From contig CAZKCG010000024.1 of NCBI GenBank assembly GCA_964551445.1, positions 4,849 to 68,848 of the forward strand: a stretch of 64,000 bases of DNA, read 5' to 3'. Shown piece after piece: positions 15,733-25,114 of the stretch. The stretch's first letter is position 1. Every line of letters starts with the position of its first letter. The notes under the pieces were generated by a model. That model had not been told where the DNA came from. It saw only the letters and a program-made list of their open reading frames with translations, and searched no databases. The position numbers were made by a program, and so were the translations under genes. This DNA is from an uncultured bacterium (GTDB taxonomy: Bacteria > Muiribacteriota > UBA9980).

Positions 15733-16785
15733 ATGAATACGGTCATTACAAAATTGAAAAGATACAACACCTATAGCGTTATGTCGGTAATTCTGGCCAT
15801 GGTTCTCGTCTGTTCTTATATTGCGCCGCTTTTAGCCGGCGGAATAAATGAAACGCTCAATTCGCTCAATCAGAGCCAGATCTCAAATGCCGGCGGTTCA
15901 GGCGCTCCAGCGGGCGGTATCGTTTCAAATTGTTCAATGCTTAACGTGCGCTCCGGACCCGGCACCGAACATCCCGTAATTGGCGGGCTCGTCGCGGGCG
16001 CGGCCATCTCGATAATCAGCGAGGAGAACGGCTGGTGGAAGATAAAATATAACGGCGGCACCGGTTACGTTTCAGGAAAATATATAGACACCAAACCAGC
16101 CTCCGAAACCGGAACTTCGGGCGAAAGTTTTAAGGGGCACGTAGAGGTCGATTCAAGGCTTAACATAAGATCGAGCCCGTGGGGCGAGGTTATCGGAAAA
16201 TTCGGCGACGGCGAAGACGTAGAGGTCATCGGAAAGGTCGGAGCCTGGTATAAGATCAAACACGGCGGAAAAACGGCTTACGTTTACTCAAGTTTCGTTA
16301 AAAAAGGCGCGGCCTCACACCAACCCGCTTCGAACAATCCATCTAATAACAATGACAACACCTCGACACCCGCGGCCGGCGGCAGCACCCAGGCAAGGAT
16401 AGTCGCATGCGCCGAAAGATATATCGGTTCCACCAGATTCCGCGGCCCCGAAGTTTCAGGCGGAAATCTCGCTTGCGCCCAGTTCGTTTCGACCGCGCTC
16501 AAAGATGCCGGCGTGTTAAGCCGCGTTCAGCTCGGCGTGCTTGCCGTAATGTCCGATCTTAAGAGCAAGGGCTGGAAAACCGTTTCCGCTCCCCCGTTCA
16601 AGGCCGGCGACGTAATAACATGGAAGACCTATGACAGAAACCATGACGGCGTCAAGGATGACGACACGCATATCGGCATAATCGACGGCAAGGGCCAGGC
16701 TATTTCAAACTCATCGTCGCTTAAAATGCCCAGAAGAAACGGTATCTACTATGCGCCCGTATGTCACGTCCTCAGGCAGTCTTAA
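15733..16785 (+). CDS. Secreted double-SH3b peptidoglycan hydrolase with NlpC/P60-like domain
   Basis: Two SH3b domains (LNVRSGPG..., LNIRSSPWG...); LACAQFVSTAL..GDVITW..THIG. Confidence 0.78.
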   Translation: MNTVITKLKRYNTYSVMSVILAMVLVCSYIAPLLAGGINETLNSLNQSQISNAGGSGAPAGGIVSNCSMLNVRSGPGTEHPVIGGLVAGAAISIISEENGWWKIKYNGGTGYVSGKYIDTKPASETGTSGESFKGHVEVDSRLNIRSSPWGEVIGKFGDGEDVEVIGKVGAWYKIKHGGKTAYVYSSFVKKGAASHQPASNNPSNNNDNTSTPAAGGSTQARIVACAERYIGSTRFRGPEVSGGNLACAQFVSTALKDAGVLSRVQLGVLAVMSDLKSKGWKTVSAPPFKAGDVITWKTYDRNHDGVKDDDTHIGIIDGKGQAISNSSSLKMPRRNGIYYAPVCHVLRQS

Positions 16786-16833
16786 AACTTATGCGGTATT
16801 TTGAACATAATAAAAATTTAATATAACATATCA

Positions 16834-16860
16834 GGGCACCAGGCTTTAAACCCGGTGCCC
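16834..16860 (+). repeat. Intergenic hairpin GGGCACC...GGTGCCC, copy 2
   Basis: Duplicate of 13530-13556 together with flanking sequence (ctctattaacgaaaggaagtaaa). Confidence 0.7.
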
Positions 16861-16888
16861 ATTTCTCTATTAACGAAAGGAAGTAAAA

Positions 16889-18943
16889 ATGAAAAAAACG
16901 GATGTTTTAAGGATCATCGCAAGAAAAAGCGTTTTGGCGGTCTCATTGTTTTTAATTATCGCTTCAGCCTCGGAGCTTGCGGCTTTTGACGCCGCGAACT
17001 TCTCGCTCGGCTTCGGTAAGAATGATAACGAGGTAATGTACTATAATTCCAAAAGCAATGGCTTTGAAGACCCGTATCCGGGCGGCCCGAACGGTTTCTG
17101 CATATTTGACAAGAACAGGGCGGCCGTCGTCGACACATTCGGAAACAGCCTTAAAATATTCGACGAATCCGGAAAATTGATCGAAAAGATAAATGTTGCG
17201 GAAATAGTAAAAAAAGAGAACGCCACTGATGAAATTTATCTTTCGTCGGTCGCGGCCGTTAAAAATGAAAAGAACGAGACCGAATTCATCGTTTCCGACA
17301 CGATGAACGCTAAGATCTATAAAATATCCGGCGGAAAACTCGTCAGAACTTTTGGCAAACGCGGTGAGAACGCTTTTGAATTCGGCCAGGTCGAAGAGGT
17401 CGCGGCGGCGTCTGAAGGCCGTATCGCCGCATACGATCACGCGAAAGATAAACTGTGCGTGTTTTCAAAAGACGGCGCGCCCCTTGATGAGTACCAGATC
17501 CAGCAGGGCGGAATTTACGCCGCCGGCGATACGGTTTATACTCTGTCAAGACTTGAGAACGGCACTTTCGCGGCTTACGGAATAAACCTCGCCTCTAAAA
17601 AGACCAAACTCGTCTTCCGCGTTCAGAATCCGTCATGGAGAAACGCGAAGATAGCCGGCGTAGATAAATACGGCAATTTTATGATCGCTTTTTTTGAAGA
17701 TGCGATACAGGATAAACTTTTGAAGGAAAATGAAAGATCGTCATGCAGCGGTTTCTTCTCGCTCACGCTGGTTTCACCCTGCGGCCAGATAATGGAAACT
17801 CATACCATACCGGTTACGACCCCGCTCGGGAACCAGTTCTTCTTTGACGCTGGCGAAAACAAGCTCTATTACCAGGAATTTAACGCGGATGCGGCGCCCG
17901 AAGGTAAATATACTATCAAGCACGCGGCTTTCAAAACTGAATTTTCCGAGAACGCGGCGAAGCTCGCTCCGGCTGATATTATAAACATCAAAAAGAGCAC
18001 CACCGACATAGAATACGGCACCGGAAGAAACAAGATAGGCGGCAATTTCGAAAGCGTCAAAGCGCATCTGCCGATCCTTCGCACGGACAGCCGCGGCTAT
18101 TTCTACATACTTGACGCGGTCGAAGGAAAACTCATCTGCATCGAACAGAACTTCGCTTCCTTAAAAACGGTCGAACTTTCAAAGATGCTGAAAAGCTTTG
18201 AAAAAGATACTGTGAAGTTTGAATTCACCGATCTTTTCGTGGTATCGAGCTCCGAGATCTATCTGCTCGACCAGCTCAACAGAAATTTCTACAAAATGGT
18301 TTCCCAGACCGGCCTCAGCGAGACGGTTTCATATGACGTGAAAAAATTCGGGTTCGCCGCCACCGAATTTAAAAGCTTCGACCGCATATTCGCCAATAAA
18401 CTGGGCGAGGTGATCCTTTATTCGTCGCTCGAAGGAAAGCTCGCTTATTTCGAAGCTGACGGCAAACTCAATAAAACCGTGAACGGCATATCGGCCGCTT
18501 CGTTTTTCGTCATGTCCAACTCCGATATACTTTCGCTTTCGCAGAACGAAAAACCCGGTGAAGTGAAGGTCGATTATCTTGATTTTTACAGAAATCCGCT
18601 TGAACGGTTTCAAACCGCTCCGGCCGATAAAATAACCGGCGTGCCTTTTGTTTCGGCCGCTCATGTCATGGGCATAGACCAGAACTTGAACATATTCACG
18701 ACGCTTTTTGACGGCGTTTCACAGAAAATATCGGTTTACAGCATAACGGGCGACCGGGTCTGCGACGTTAAATTCGCCGCGCCCCAGATCCCCGGTTTTT
18801 TTGAAAGATCATGCTGCGTAGGTTCGGACGGAACCATTTATCTGGGCGTGCCGTCTGAGGCGAAATTTCATGTTATCCGCGTTCCATACGCGTCCGTGAT
18901 CGATTTTGTGAAAGCCGATTTTTTAAAGAAGAAAAACAAATAA
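16889..18943 (+). CDS. Secreted NHL-repeat/beta-propeller protein (684 aa), copy 2
   Basis: Same length as, and colinear with, 13585-15639; ends in identical KADFLKKKNK. Confidence 0.7.
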   Translation: MKKTDVLRIIARKSVLAVSLFLIIASASELAAFDAANFSLGFGKNDNEVMYYNSKSNGFEDPYPGGPNGFCIFDKNRAAVVDTFGNSLKIFDESGKLIEKINVAEIVKKENATDEIYLSSVAAVKNEKNETEFIVSDTMNAKIYKISGGKLVRTFGKRGENAFEFGQVEEVAAASEGRIAAYDHAKDKLCVFSKDGAPLDEYQIQQGGIYAAGDTVYTLSRLENGTFAAYGINLASKKTKLVFRVQNPSWRNAKIAGVDKYGNFMIAFFEDAIQDKLLKENERSSCSGFFSLTLVSPCGQIMETHTIPVTTPLGNQFFFDAGENKLYYQEFNADAAPEGKYTIKHAAFKTEFSENAAKLAPADIINIKKSTTDIEYGTGRNKIGGNFESVKAHLPILRTDSRGYFYILDAVEGKLICIEQNFASLKTVELSKMLKSFEKDTVKFEFTDLFVVSSSEIYLLDQLNRNFYKMVSQTGLSETVSYDVKKFGFAATEFKSFDRIFANKLGEVILYSSLEGKLAYFEADGKLNKTVNGISAASFFVMSNSDILSLSQNEKPGEVKVDYLDFYRNPLERFQTAPADKITGVPFVSAAHVMGIDQNLNIFTTLFDGVSQKISVYSITGDRVCDVKFAAPQIPGFFERSCCVGSDGTIYLGVPSEAKFHVIRVPYASVIDFVKADFLKKKNK

Positions 18944-19035
18944 AAAAATTTTTGAATTAAACAGAACAAAATTTGCGCGACATTAGTATAACCAGTAGAA
19001 GTTTTATAATTCTAAATTAAGGCTGGGTGAGTTTT

Positions 19036-20241
19036 ATGAATCCGATGATCACCACAATGAAAAGATATAACGCCTTTTGCGCCATGTTGATAATTGTGAC
19101 ATTAGCTTTTGTGTGTTCGAGCGCCGCGCCGCTTTTTGCCGGCGGAATTGAAGATACGCTCAATTCGCTTGATCAGAGCCAGATATCAAACGCCGGAACC
19201 GCGGGAGCCGCGCCCAAAGGCGGTATCGTAACTAACTGCAACTCTTTGAACGTGCGAAGCGGACCGGGAACCGAACATCCGATCATCGGCGGATTATCCG
19301 CCGGATGCGCCATCTCGATAATAAGCGAAGAGAACGGCTGGTGGAAGATAAAATATAACGGAAGTTTCGGCTATGTTTCCGGAAAATATATAGACACCTC
19401 GGCCGCTATGGTCTCCGAAGATGAAAAGGCTGAAAATTTCACTGGAACAGTAAATGTAGGCACAAGCCTTAATATAAGAAACTCGCCGTGGGGCGAGATA
19501 CTCGGCCGCTTTTCAAACGGCGATCAGGTAGAGGTCGTAGGAAAGGCCGGCAACTGGTACAAGATCAAACATAACGGCGGATTCGCCTATGTCTACGCTT
19601 CATACATACAAAAGGGCGGTTCGACGCCCGGCGCGACGACCCCTAACAATCCGCCCGCGAATAACGATAAACCGCTTCCTCCGCCTCAGACGGCCGGCGG
19701 CGACGATTCCTGGAAGAACGGCTTCAATAAGACGTATACGATGTCCGATAAAGAATTCACCGATAAGGGTTCAATGAGTAAAGCCGAGATACAGGCGTTC
19801 CTCGCTAAGCGGAACTCGGTTCTTTCGCGTCCCGTTGACGGCCGCCTGCCTTCTGAAATGATCTACGAATCGGCTCAGAAATACGGTATCTCACCCAAGG
19901 TCATACTCGCGACGCTTCAAAAGGAACAGGGCCTCGTATCCGCAAAAAGCGCCAGCCAGAAACAGCTTGATTGGGCGTTAGGATGCGGAGCCTATGACGG
20001 CGGAAACTGGAACCAGAGCTTCAAGGGGCTCGCCAAACAGATCGACGGCGGAACCAAGACGCTCAGAAAATGGTACGACTTCGCCCAGGACAAGCTCAAC
20101 AAGGGCCAGAGCATAAACCTTCCGATCGACGGCGAAACCGTTGCGATAAAGAACGCGGCTACCTATTCCAACTATAAATATACTCCGCATTTCGCAGGCA
20201 ACAAGTTGTTCCAGAACGTTTACCTCGGCTGGTTCAGATAA
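19036..20241 (+). CDS. Secreted double-SH3b protein with a different, putative lysozyme-like C-terminal catalytic domain
   Basis: N-terminal half is paralogous to 15733. C-terminus IYESAQKYGISPKVILATLQKEQGLV...YTPH resembles lysozyme-like folds with a catalytic Glu. ATG 19036 chosen by alignment with the paralog. Confidence 0.65.
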   Translation: MNPMITTMKRYNAFCAMLIIVTLAFVCSSAAPLFAGGIEDTLNSLDQSQISNAGTAGAAPKGGIVTNCNSLNVRSGPGTEHPIIGGLSAGCAISIISEENGWWKIKYNGSFGYVSGKYIDTSAAMVSEDEKAENFTGTVNVGTSLNIRNSPWGEILGRFSNGDQVEVVGKAGNWYKIKHNGGFAYVYASYIQKGGSTPGATTPNNPPANNDKPLPPPQTAGGDDSWKNGFNKTYTMSDKEFTDKGSMSKAEIQAFLAKRNSVLSRPVDGRLPSEMIYESAQKYGISPKVILATLQKEQGLVSAKSASQKQLDWALGCGAYDGGNWNQSFKGLAKQIDGGTKTLRKWYDFAQDKLNKGQSINLPIDGETVAIKNAATYSNYKYTPHFAGNKLFQNVYLGWFR

Positions 20242-20275
20242 GATTAAAGATTTATACGCAACAATAAAAATATAT

Positions 20276-20313
20276 TAAAACCCCCGGACCATTTATGAGG
20301 TCCGGGGGTTTTA
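20276..20313. terminator. Bidirectional intrinsic terminator
   Basis: TAAAACCCCCGGACC-atttatga-GGTCCGGGGGTTTTA between convergent genes. Confidence 0.85.
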
Positions 20314-20369
20314 TTTGTGCGTTTCAATTTATTTTCCGAAGATGATCAGGCTTTTGCGGCGCCGGAGTA

Positions 20370-22991
20370 TCAGGCGGTGGCTGGCGGGATCGAAGCGGGT
20401 TTTGGCGCTTCCTGGTTCTGATCCTGCTGGGACGCGGTGCTTCCGACCTGTTGTTGAGGAGCGGCAGGCGGAGGAGGCAGAACTACTGCGCCGGCGGGAG
20501 CGTTTCCGCCGTCGGCGGGATTTATCTGAAGGACCGATTCCTGTTCCTCGAACTTTGTTCTTATCTCTTCAAAGTTAGTGGCGTATTTTTTCGCGAAAAC
20601 CCTGAGAAACATTTCGACGATGATCGGGTCGAACTGAGCGTTGGAGCAGCGTTTGAGTTCTTCGAGCGCGACCTCGGCGGGAAGGCCCTTTCTGTATGAA
20701 CGGTTAGACGTCATGGCGTCGAAAGTGTCCGCGACGCATATGATGCGGGCGCCTAGCGGTATCTCTTCGCCTTTTAATTTGGACGGGTAGCCGCGGCCGT
20801 CGAATCTTTCGTGATGGTGCTTGACTATCGGTATCTTGTCCGTTAAAAAATCTACGGGCGCTAATATTTCAGCGCTCATGACGGGGTGCATCTGAATGAT
20901 CTTGAATTCTTCGTCAGTGAGTTTTCCGGGCTTGCACAAAATATTGTCGCGGATACCGATCTTTCCGATATCATGGAGTAACGCGGCGAATTCGAGATCG
21001 TCTTTTTCCTTGGGCGATAATCCGAGTTCGCCGGCGATCGCGAGAGAATATTCGGCGACGCGCTGAGAGTGACCGTGGGTGTAAGAGTCTTTGGCGTCGA
21101 GGGCGTTAGCCAGAACTTTGAGGGTGCTTTTATAAAGGTTTCTTATGTTCTGATAAAGCTGGGCGTTGACTATCGGGCTCGAACACTGGGAAGCTAGAAG
21201 TTCTAAAAGCTCGGTGTCGTGGTCGTTGAAGGGTATGTCGCCTTTTCTGTTCAAAACTTCGAGAACGCCGATTATCTTATCTTTGTGTTTCAATGGAACG
21301 CAGATGAGAGACTTGGTGACGAATTTCGTTTTGGCGTCGCCTTCTTTGTAAAAACGGGGGTCTTTTGAAGTATCCGGAACTATGCAGTTCTCTCCGGTCT
21401 GAGCGACCCAGCCGGCTATGCCCTGGCCTACCTTGAGCCTTATAAGGCGCTTGACCTCTTCGCCTTTATCGCCCTGGGCGATCTGGAAGGTAAGTTCGTT
21501 GGTTTTTTCGTCGAGCATTAAAATGGAAGAAGTTTCTGAGTTCATGACCTTCGTGGCCATGGCCATGATATTATCGAGCAGCTGATCGAGTTCTATCGAA
21601 GCCGATATCGTCTTTGAGACCTCATAAAGTGTTTGAAGCTCCTGAAGTTTCTGCGTATCGGTGTATCTGGTGCTGAAATTTTTTATCGAATCGCGGGCGT
21701 CGGTTATAAAATTTTGAAGGATGCCCATCTCTTTTTCGTCGATGTCGAGTTCGAGTTTGTAATGATTGAGTTTTAAAGCTATCGCGCCGTAAATTATATC
21801 GCCGTCGGCAAGCGGGAAGATCTTAACGAAGACGCCGGGCATGATCTCGAAAACGTCCGTGGTTAGTTTCGCGATATTTTTAACGTCTAATGACGAGAGA
21901 TGGCTTTGAATGGTTTCGTTAAAATTTGAAACCATGCATGTATCGAAACCTGATTTGAGGTTCCATAGCTCCCCTTCGTGATGACTGTAGGAGAACACGG
22001 CGGAATATAAGCCGTTGGTGAAGAAATTGGCGCCGCGGGCAATGGTCGCGTAAAGGCTTGCGACGGATGTTTCGAGCGATAATTTTTTGTAAAGCTCGGC
22101 GTATCTTTCAAGTTTAGGTTCGTGAGATACGATGCTGTCGTATTTCTGGTTGATCTCTTCGAACGGTATATTGTATTGTTTTAAAAATTTTGAATGCCGC
22201 ATTATTCTGACGATCTTTTTGGGCGCGTAGTTAGCGGCATCGTCAAGATATATCACGACGCCGGAGATCCCGCGTTCTTCGGTGGCCCCCGTGAAATGGA
22301 CGTTTCTTTGCGTGCAGTAGTGTTCTACCGCCTGTTCTTTTTTTATTCCGACGACGGAATCGAAAGATCCGGTCATGCCCAGGTCAGTAATATAGGCGGT
22401 GCCTTTCGGAAGTATGCACTCGTCAGCGGTCTGGATGTGCAGGTGCGTTCCGTATATGGCATTGACCCTTCCGTCCAGATAGTAGGCGAAGGATTTTTTC
22501 TCGATAACCGATTCGGCGTGAAAGTCGACAATGATAAGATCCGCAACGTTCTTTACCCGCTCGATCTCGGTGTCGATGGCGCGGAAAGGGCAGTCTAAAA
22601 TGACCTTGTTCTCGCGCCCCGGGGACATTATGCTCTCCCGGCCGAGCGCGTTCATTACGGCCACCTTTACGCCGTTTCTGGCCTGGACTATCCTGCATCC
22701 GGAACCGGGGGTTCCTTCGGGATAGTTTATGGGGCGGACGAGCCTTTCATGATTGATTATTTTAAGGACGTCTTTTTTAGACCAGGTGTGGTTGCCGAGA
22801 GTTACGGCGTCCGCGCCGATGCTTAATATCTGTTCGAAAGTAGGCGGCGTTATCCCCAAACCCTTGGCTGCGTTCTCGCCATTGGCTATTATAAAGTCGG
22901 GCTTATATTCTGCGATAAGTTCGGGCAATAGCTCGGCAAACGCCTGTAAACCAGGATCGTCCGATATATCGCCAATAGCCATTATCTTCAT
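20370..22991 (-). CDS. Fusion protein: YmdB-family metallophosphoesterase + GAF + HD-GYP phosphodiesterase
   Basis: N-terminal IGDI, NGENA, LGNHTW, RPINYP, DFHAE, GTHLH, DLGMTG (YmdB); central GAF (GQGIAGWVAQTG..DPRF..SLICVPL); C-terminal HDIGKIG, HHERFDGRGYP, ADTFDAMT. Confidence 0.85.
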   Translation of the reverse strand: MKIMAIGDISDDPGLQAFAELLPELIAEYKPDFIIANGENAAKGLGITPPTFEQILSIGADAVTLGNHTWSKKDVLKIINHERLVRPINYPEGTPGSGCRIVQARNGVKVAVMNALGRESIMSPGRENKVILDCPFRAIDTEIERVKNVADLIIVDFHAESVIEKKSFAYYLDGRVNAIYGTHLHIQTADECILPKGTAYITDLGMTGSFDSVVGIKKEQAVEHYCTQRNVHFTGATEERGISGVVIYLDDAANYAPKKIVRIMRHSKFLKQYNIPFEEINQKYDSIVSHEPKLERYAELYKKLSLETSVASLYATIARGANFFTNGLYSAVFSYSHHEGELWNLKSGFDTCMVSNFNETIQSHLSSLDVKNIAKLTTDVFEIMPGVFVKIFPLADGDIIYGAIALKLNHYKLELDIDEKEMGILQNFITDARDSIKNFSTRYTDTQKLQELQTLYEVSKTISASIELDQLLDNIMAMATKVMNSETSSILMLDEKTNELTFQIAQGDKGEEVKRLIRLKVGQGIAGWVAQTGENCIVPDTSKDPRFYKEGDAKTKFVTKSLICVPLKHKDKIIGVLEVLNRKGDIPFNDHDTELLELLASQCSSPIVNAQLYQNIRNLYKSTLKVLANALDAKDSYTHGHSQRVAEYSLAIAGELGLSPKEKDDLEFAALLHDIGKIGIRDNILCKPGKLTDEEFKIIQMHPVMSAEILAPVDFLTDKIPIVKHHHERFDGRGYPSKLKGEEIPLGARIICVADTFDAMTSNRSYRKGLPAEVALEELKRCSNAQFDPIIVEMFLRVFAKKYATNFEEIRTKFEEQESVLQINPADGGNAPAGAVVLPPPPAAPQQQVGSTASQQDQNQEAPKPASIPPATA

Positions 22992-23082
22992 AAGTGCCTG
23001 CCTTTAAACCGCCGCCTGATAGTATTAAAACCCAGGCGTTCTACTTTCTTTAAAAAGAATCGCGCAAAAAAATCAATCTAAT

Positions 23083-23111
23083 ATTTTAACATAATGATCT
23101 TTAAATGTCAA
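23083..23111 (-). promoter_or_regulatory. Sigma70 promoter of the YmdB-HD-GYP gene
   Basis: TTGACA-17 nt-TAAAAT with TG extension on the minus strand. Confidence 0.65.
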
Positions 23112-23302
23112 TTTTATCGCTTTTTTAATTATACGACTCCTGCAAATTGATTATAGCAAAACATTGAAATAAAAAGTAAGTATCTTATTTAATTTTTTTT
23201 ATCGGTCCTTAAAAAATGAAGGTTTTGGTTAAAAAATAATTGACTTTGAAGGTCCGATGTGTTAATTTTCATTGATTTATAATAAAAAGGGCGTTTTTAA
23301 AA

Positions 23303-23998
23303 TTGGATCTTATCATTTCATCCATAAGTAAAAGCATTCAGCTTATTTTCGCTCTCGACCCATACCTGATCGAGGTTTCGCTGCTTTCGCTTTTTCTTTC
23401 CCTCGCTTCCGCCGTCGCGTCTTTCGCGGTCGGCGTTCCTCTGGGTTTTATGATCTCCGAAGGAGAGTTTCCGGGCAAAAAATTAGTCGTCACGGTTGTA
23501 AATACCGGTATGGGACTTCCGCCCGTGATCGTGGGACTTATAGTTTCACTGCTTTTCGGGCGCGCCGGAATATTCGGCGCGTTAAACATACTATATTCCT
23601 GCAAGGCGATATTTATCAGCCAGCTGGTTATAGCTTTTCCTATGGCATGCGGCCTGACGATAGCCGCGTGCGGGGAAATACCGCCGCAGCTTAAAATGCA
23701 GCTTAAAAGCTTCGGCGCCGGAAGATATCAGAGCATATATTATCTTTCGCGCGAGATCAGAAAAACTCTTCCAGCCATATTTCTGGCGGCGTTCGGAAGC
23801 GTCGTGTCCGAGGTCGGAGCCGTCATAATGGTAGGCGGCAATATACTTGGAGAAACGCGCGTGCTTACCACGGCTATTGTTTCGGAGGTCCGGATGGGAA
23901 ATTATGAGATAGCGCTGGCGTTTTCACTGGTGCTTCTGGCGATAACATTTATGGTGAACTATATAGTCGGATCCATCACCGGCAAAAAAAAGGTATGA
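23303..23998 (+). CDS. tupB: Tungstate/molybdate ABC transporter permease (TupB-like)
   Basis: NTGMGLPPVIVGL, SEVGAVIMVGGNI.GETRVLTTAIV motifs typical of TupB. Confidence 0.75.
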   Translation: MDLIISSISKSIQLIFALDPYLIEVSLLSLFLSLASAVASFAVGVPLGFMISEGEFPGKKLVVTVVNTGMGLPPVIVGLIVSLLFGRAGIFGALNILYSCKAIFISQLVIAFPMACGLTIAACGEIPPQLKMQLKSFGAGRYQSIYYLSREIRKTLPAIFLAAFGSVVSEVGAVIMVGGNILGETRVLTTAIVSEVRMGNYEIALAFSLVLLAITFMVNYIVGSITGKKKV

Positions 23999-24008
23999 AG
24001 CTGAATTT

Positions 24009-25112
24009 ATGCAGTTAGTCAGGATCAAAGACCTCGTTTTTAAATATCCGTCATCCGGCGGGCGTTTCGTTCTGAGCGTTCCGGATTTTAATGTCGCGGC
24101 CGGCGAAAGCGTGGCGCTTCTGGGCGAAAGCGGCTCGGGAAAGTCGACCCTGCTTAAGATCATGGCTATGCTCGAAAGCGGATATACAGGTTCAGTGGAT
24201 CTTTTTAACGGGGCGTCAAAGAGCGTTGTAATAAGAAAAATGGCGTTTCTTTTTCAGGACGCGCCCGTTTTCTATGGCGATGTTTTTGAAAATGTAGCCA
24301 TAGGCCTTCGCATTCGCGGTGAAAATAAAGCCGATATAGACCGTAAGGTAAAGAACGCGCTTGAAATTTTAAATATTTCGGAACTTGCGCGCTGCGATTC
24401 CCGCGAAATATCGGGCGGGCAGGCCAGAAGAGTTTGCATGGCGCGCGCGATAGCGCTGGAACCTGAGATACTTTTTTTAGACGAGCCGTTTTATTCCGTT
24501 GATAATATTACCAAGCATGAAATAATGCATGATTTTAAAAAATATCTCGCGCATTCGCGCTGCGCGATGGTTCTTGTCACTCATGATAAGAACGAAGCTC
24601 TTTCGCTCTGCGGCCGCATAACGGTTATGAAAAACGGTTCGATCCTTCAGGACGCTCCGGCTGCGGAATGTTTCTATCATCCGGTATGCGAGGACGTGGC
24701 GCGGCTCATAGGCCGCCACGCGATATTTTACGGCGCCGTCGCCGAGAGCGGAGGCGGTGTCTGTCTCGTTATATGCGGGCGCGGGAACGATCCGGGAACT
24801 TTGAATTTCGAGGTTGCCGGCGGTTACGCTCCCGGCGAAAAGCTATGCCTTATGATAAGCCCTGAAGACATATCGCTCGATATCAAAGGAGAAGGGCTCG
24901 AAAAAACTTCGGTGCTCAATCATTTTTCGGGCAGTGTCCGTTCTGTGAGTCATTTTGAATTCGGGATGCTCGTGACGGTTTCGATCGGCGAAGGCTTTGA
25001 AATGTCGTCGTATATAACGATGCGCTCATATTCGGCGCTGGGACTGGCTCACGGTTCGCCCGTGAGGCTTTCCATTAAAGCCACCGCTATAAAGACGGTC
25101 GAGATCGCCTGA
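24009..25112 (+). CDS. ABC transporter ATP-binding protein with C-terminal TOBE domains (TupC/ModC-like)
   Basis: GESGSGKS Walker A, ISGGQ signature, LFLDEPF Walker B; C-terminal N.F.G.V..ITMRS...LGL..G..V...IKA TOBE. Confidence 0.8.
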   Translation: MQLVRIKDLVFKYPSSGGRFVLSVPDFNVAAGESVALLGESGSGKSTLLKIMAMLESGYTGSVDLFNGASKSVVIRKMAFLFQDAPVFYGDVFENVAIGLRIRGENKADIDRKVKNALEILNISELARCDSREISGGQARRVCMARAIALEPEILFLDEPFYSVDNITKHEIMHDFKKYLAHSRCAMVLVTHDKNEALSLCGRITVMKNGSILQDAPAAECFYHPVCEDVARLIGRHAIFYGAVAESGGGVCLVICGRGNDPGTLNFEVAGGYAPGEKLCLMISPEDISLDIKGEGLEKTSVLNHFSGSVRSVSHFEFGMLVTVSIGEGFEMSSYITMRSYSALGLAHGSPVRLSIKATAIKTVEIA

Positions 25113-25114
25113 TC

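Noticed and set aside
13530-16860. Repeated intergenic hairpins as a CRISPR array or IS ends
   Set aside because: Only two copies 3.3 kb apart, explained by segmental tandem duplication; no cas or transposase genes.
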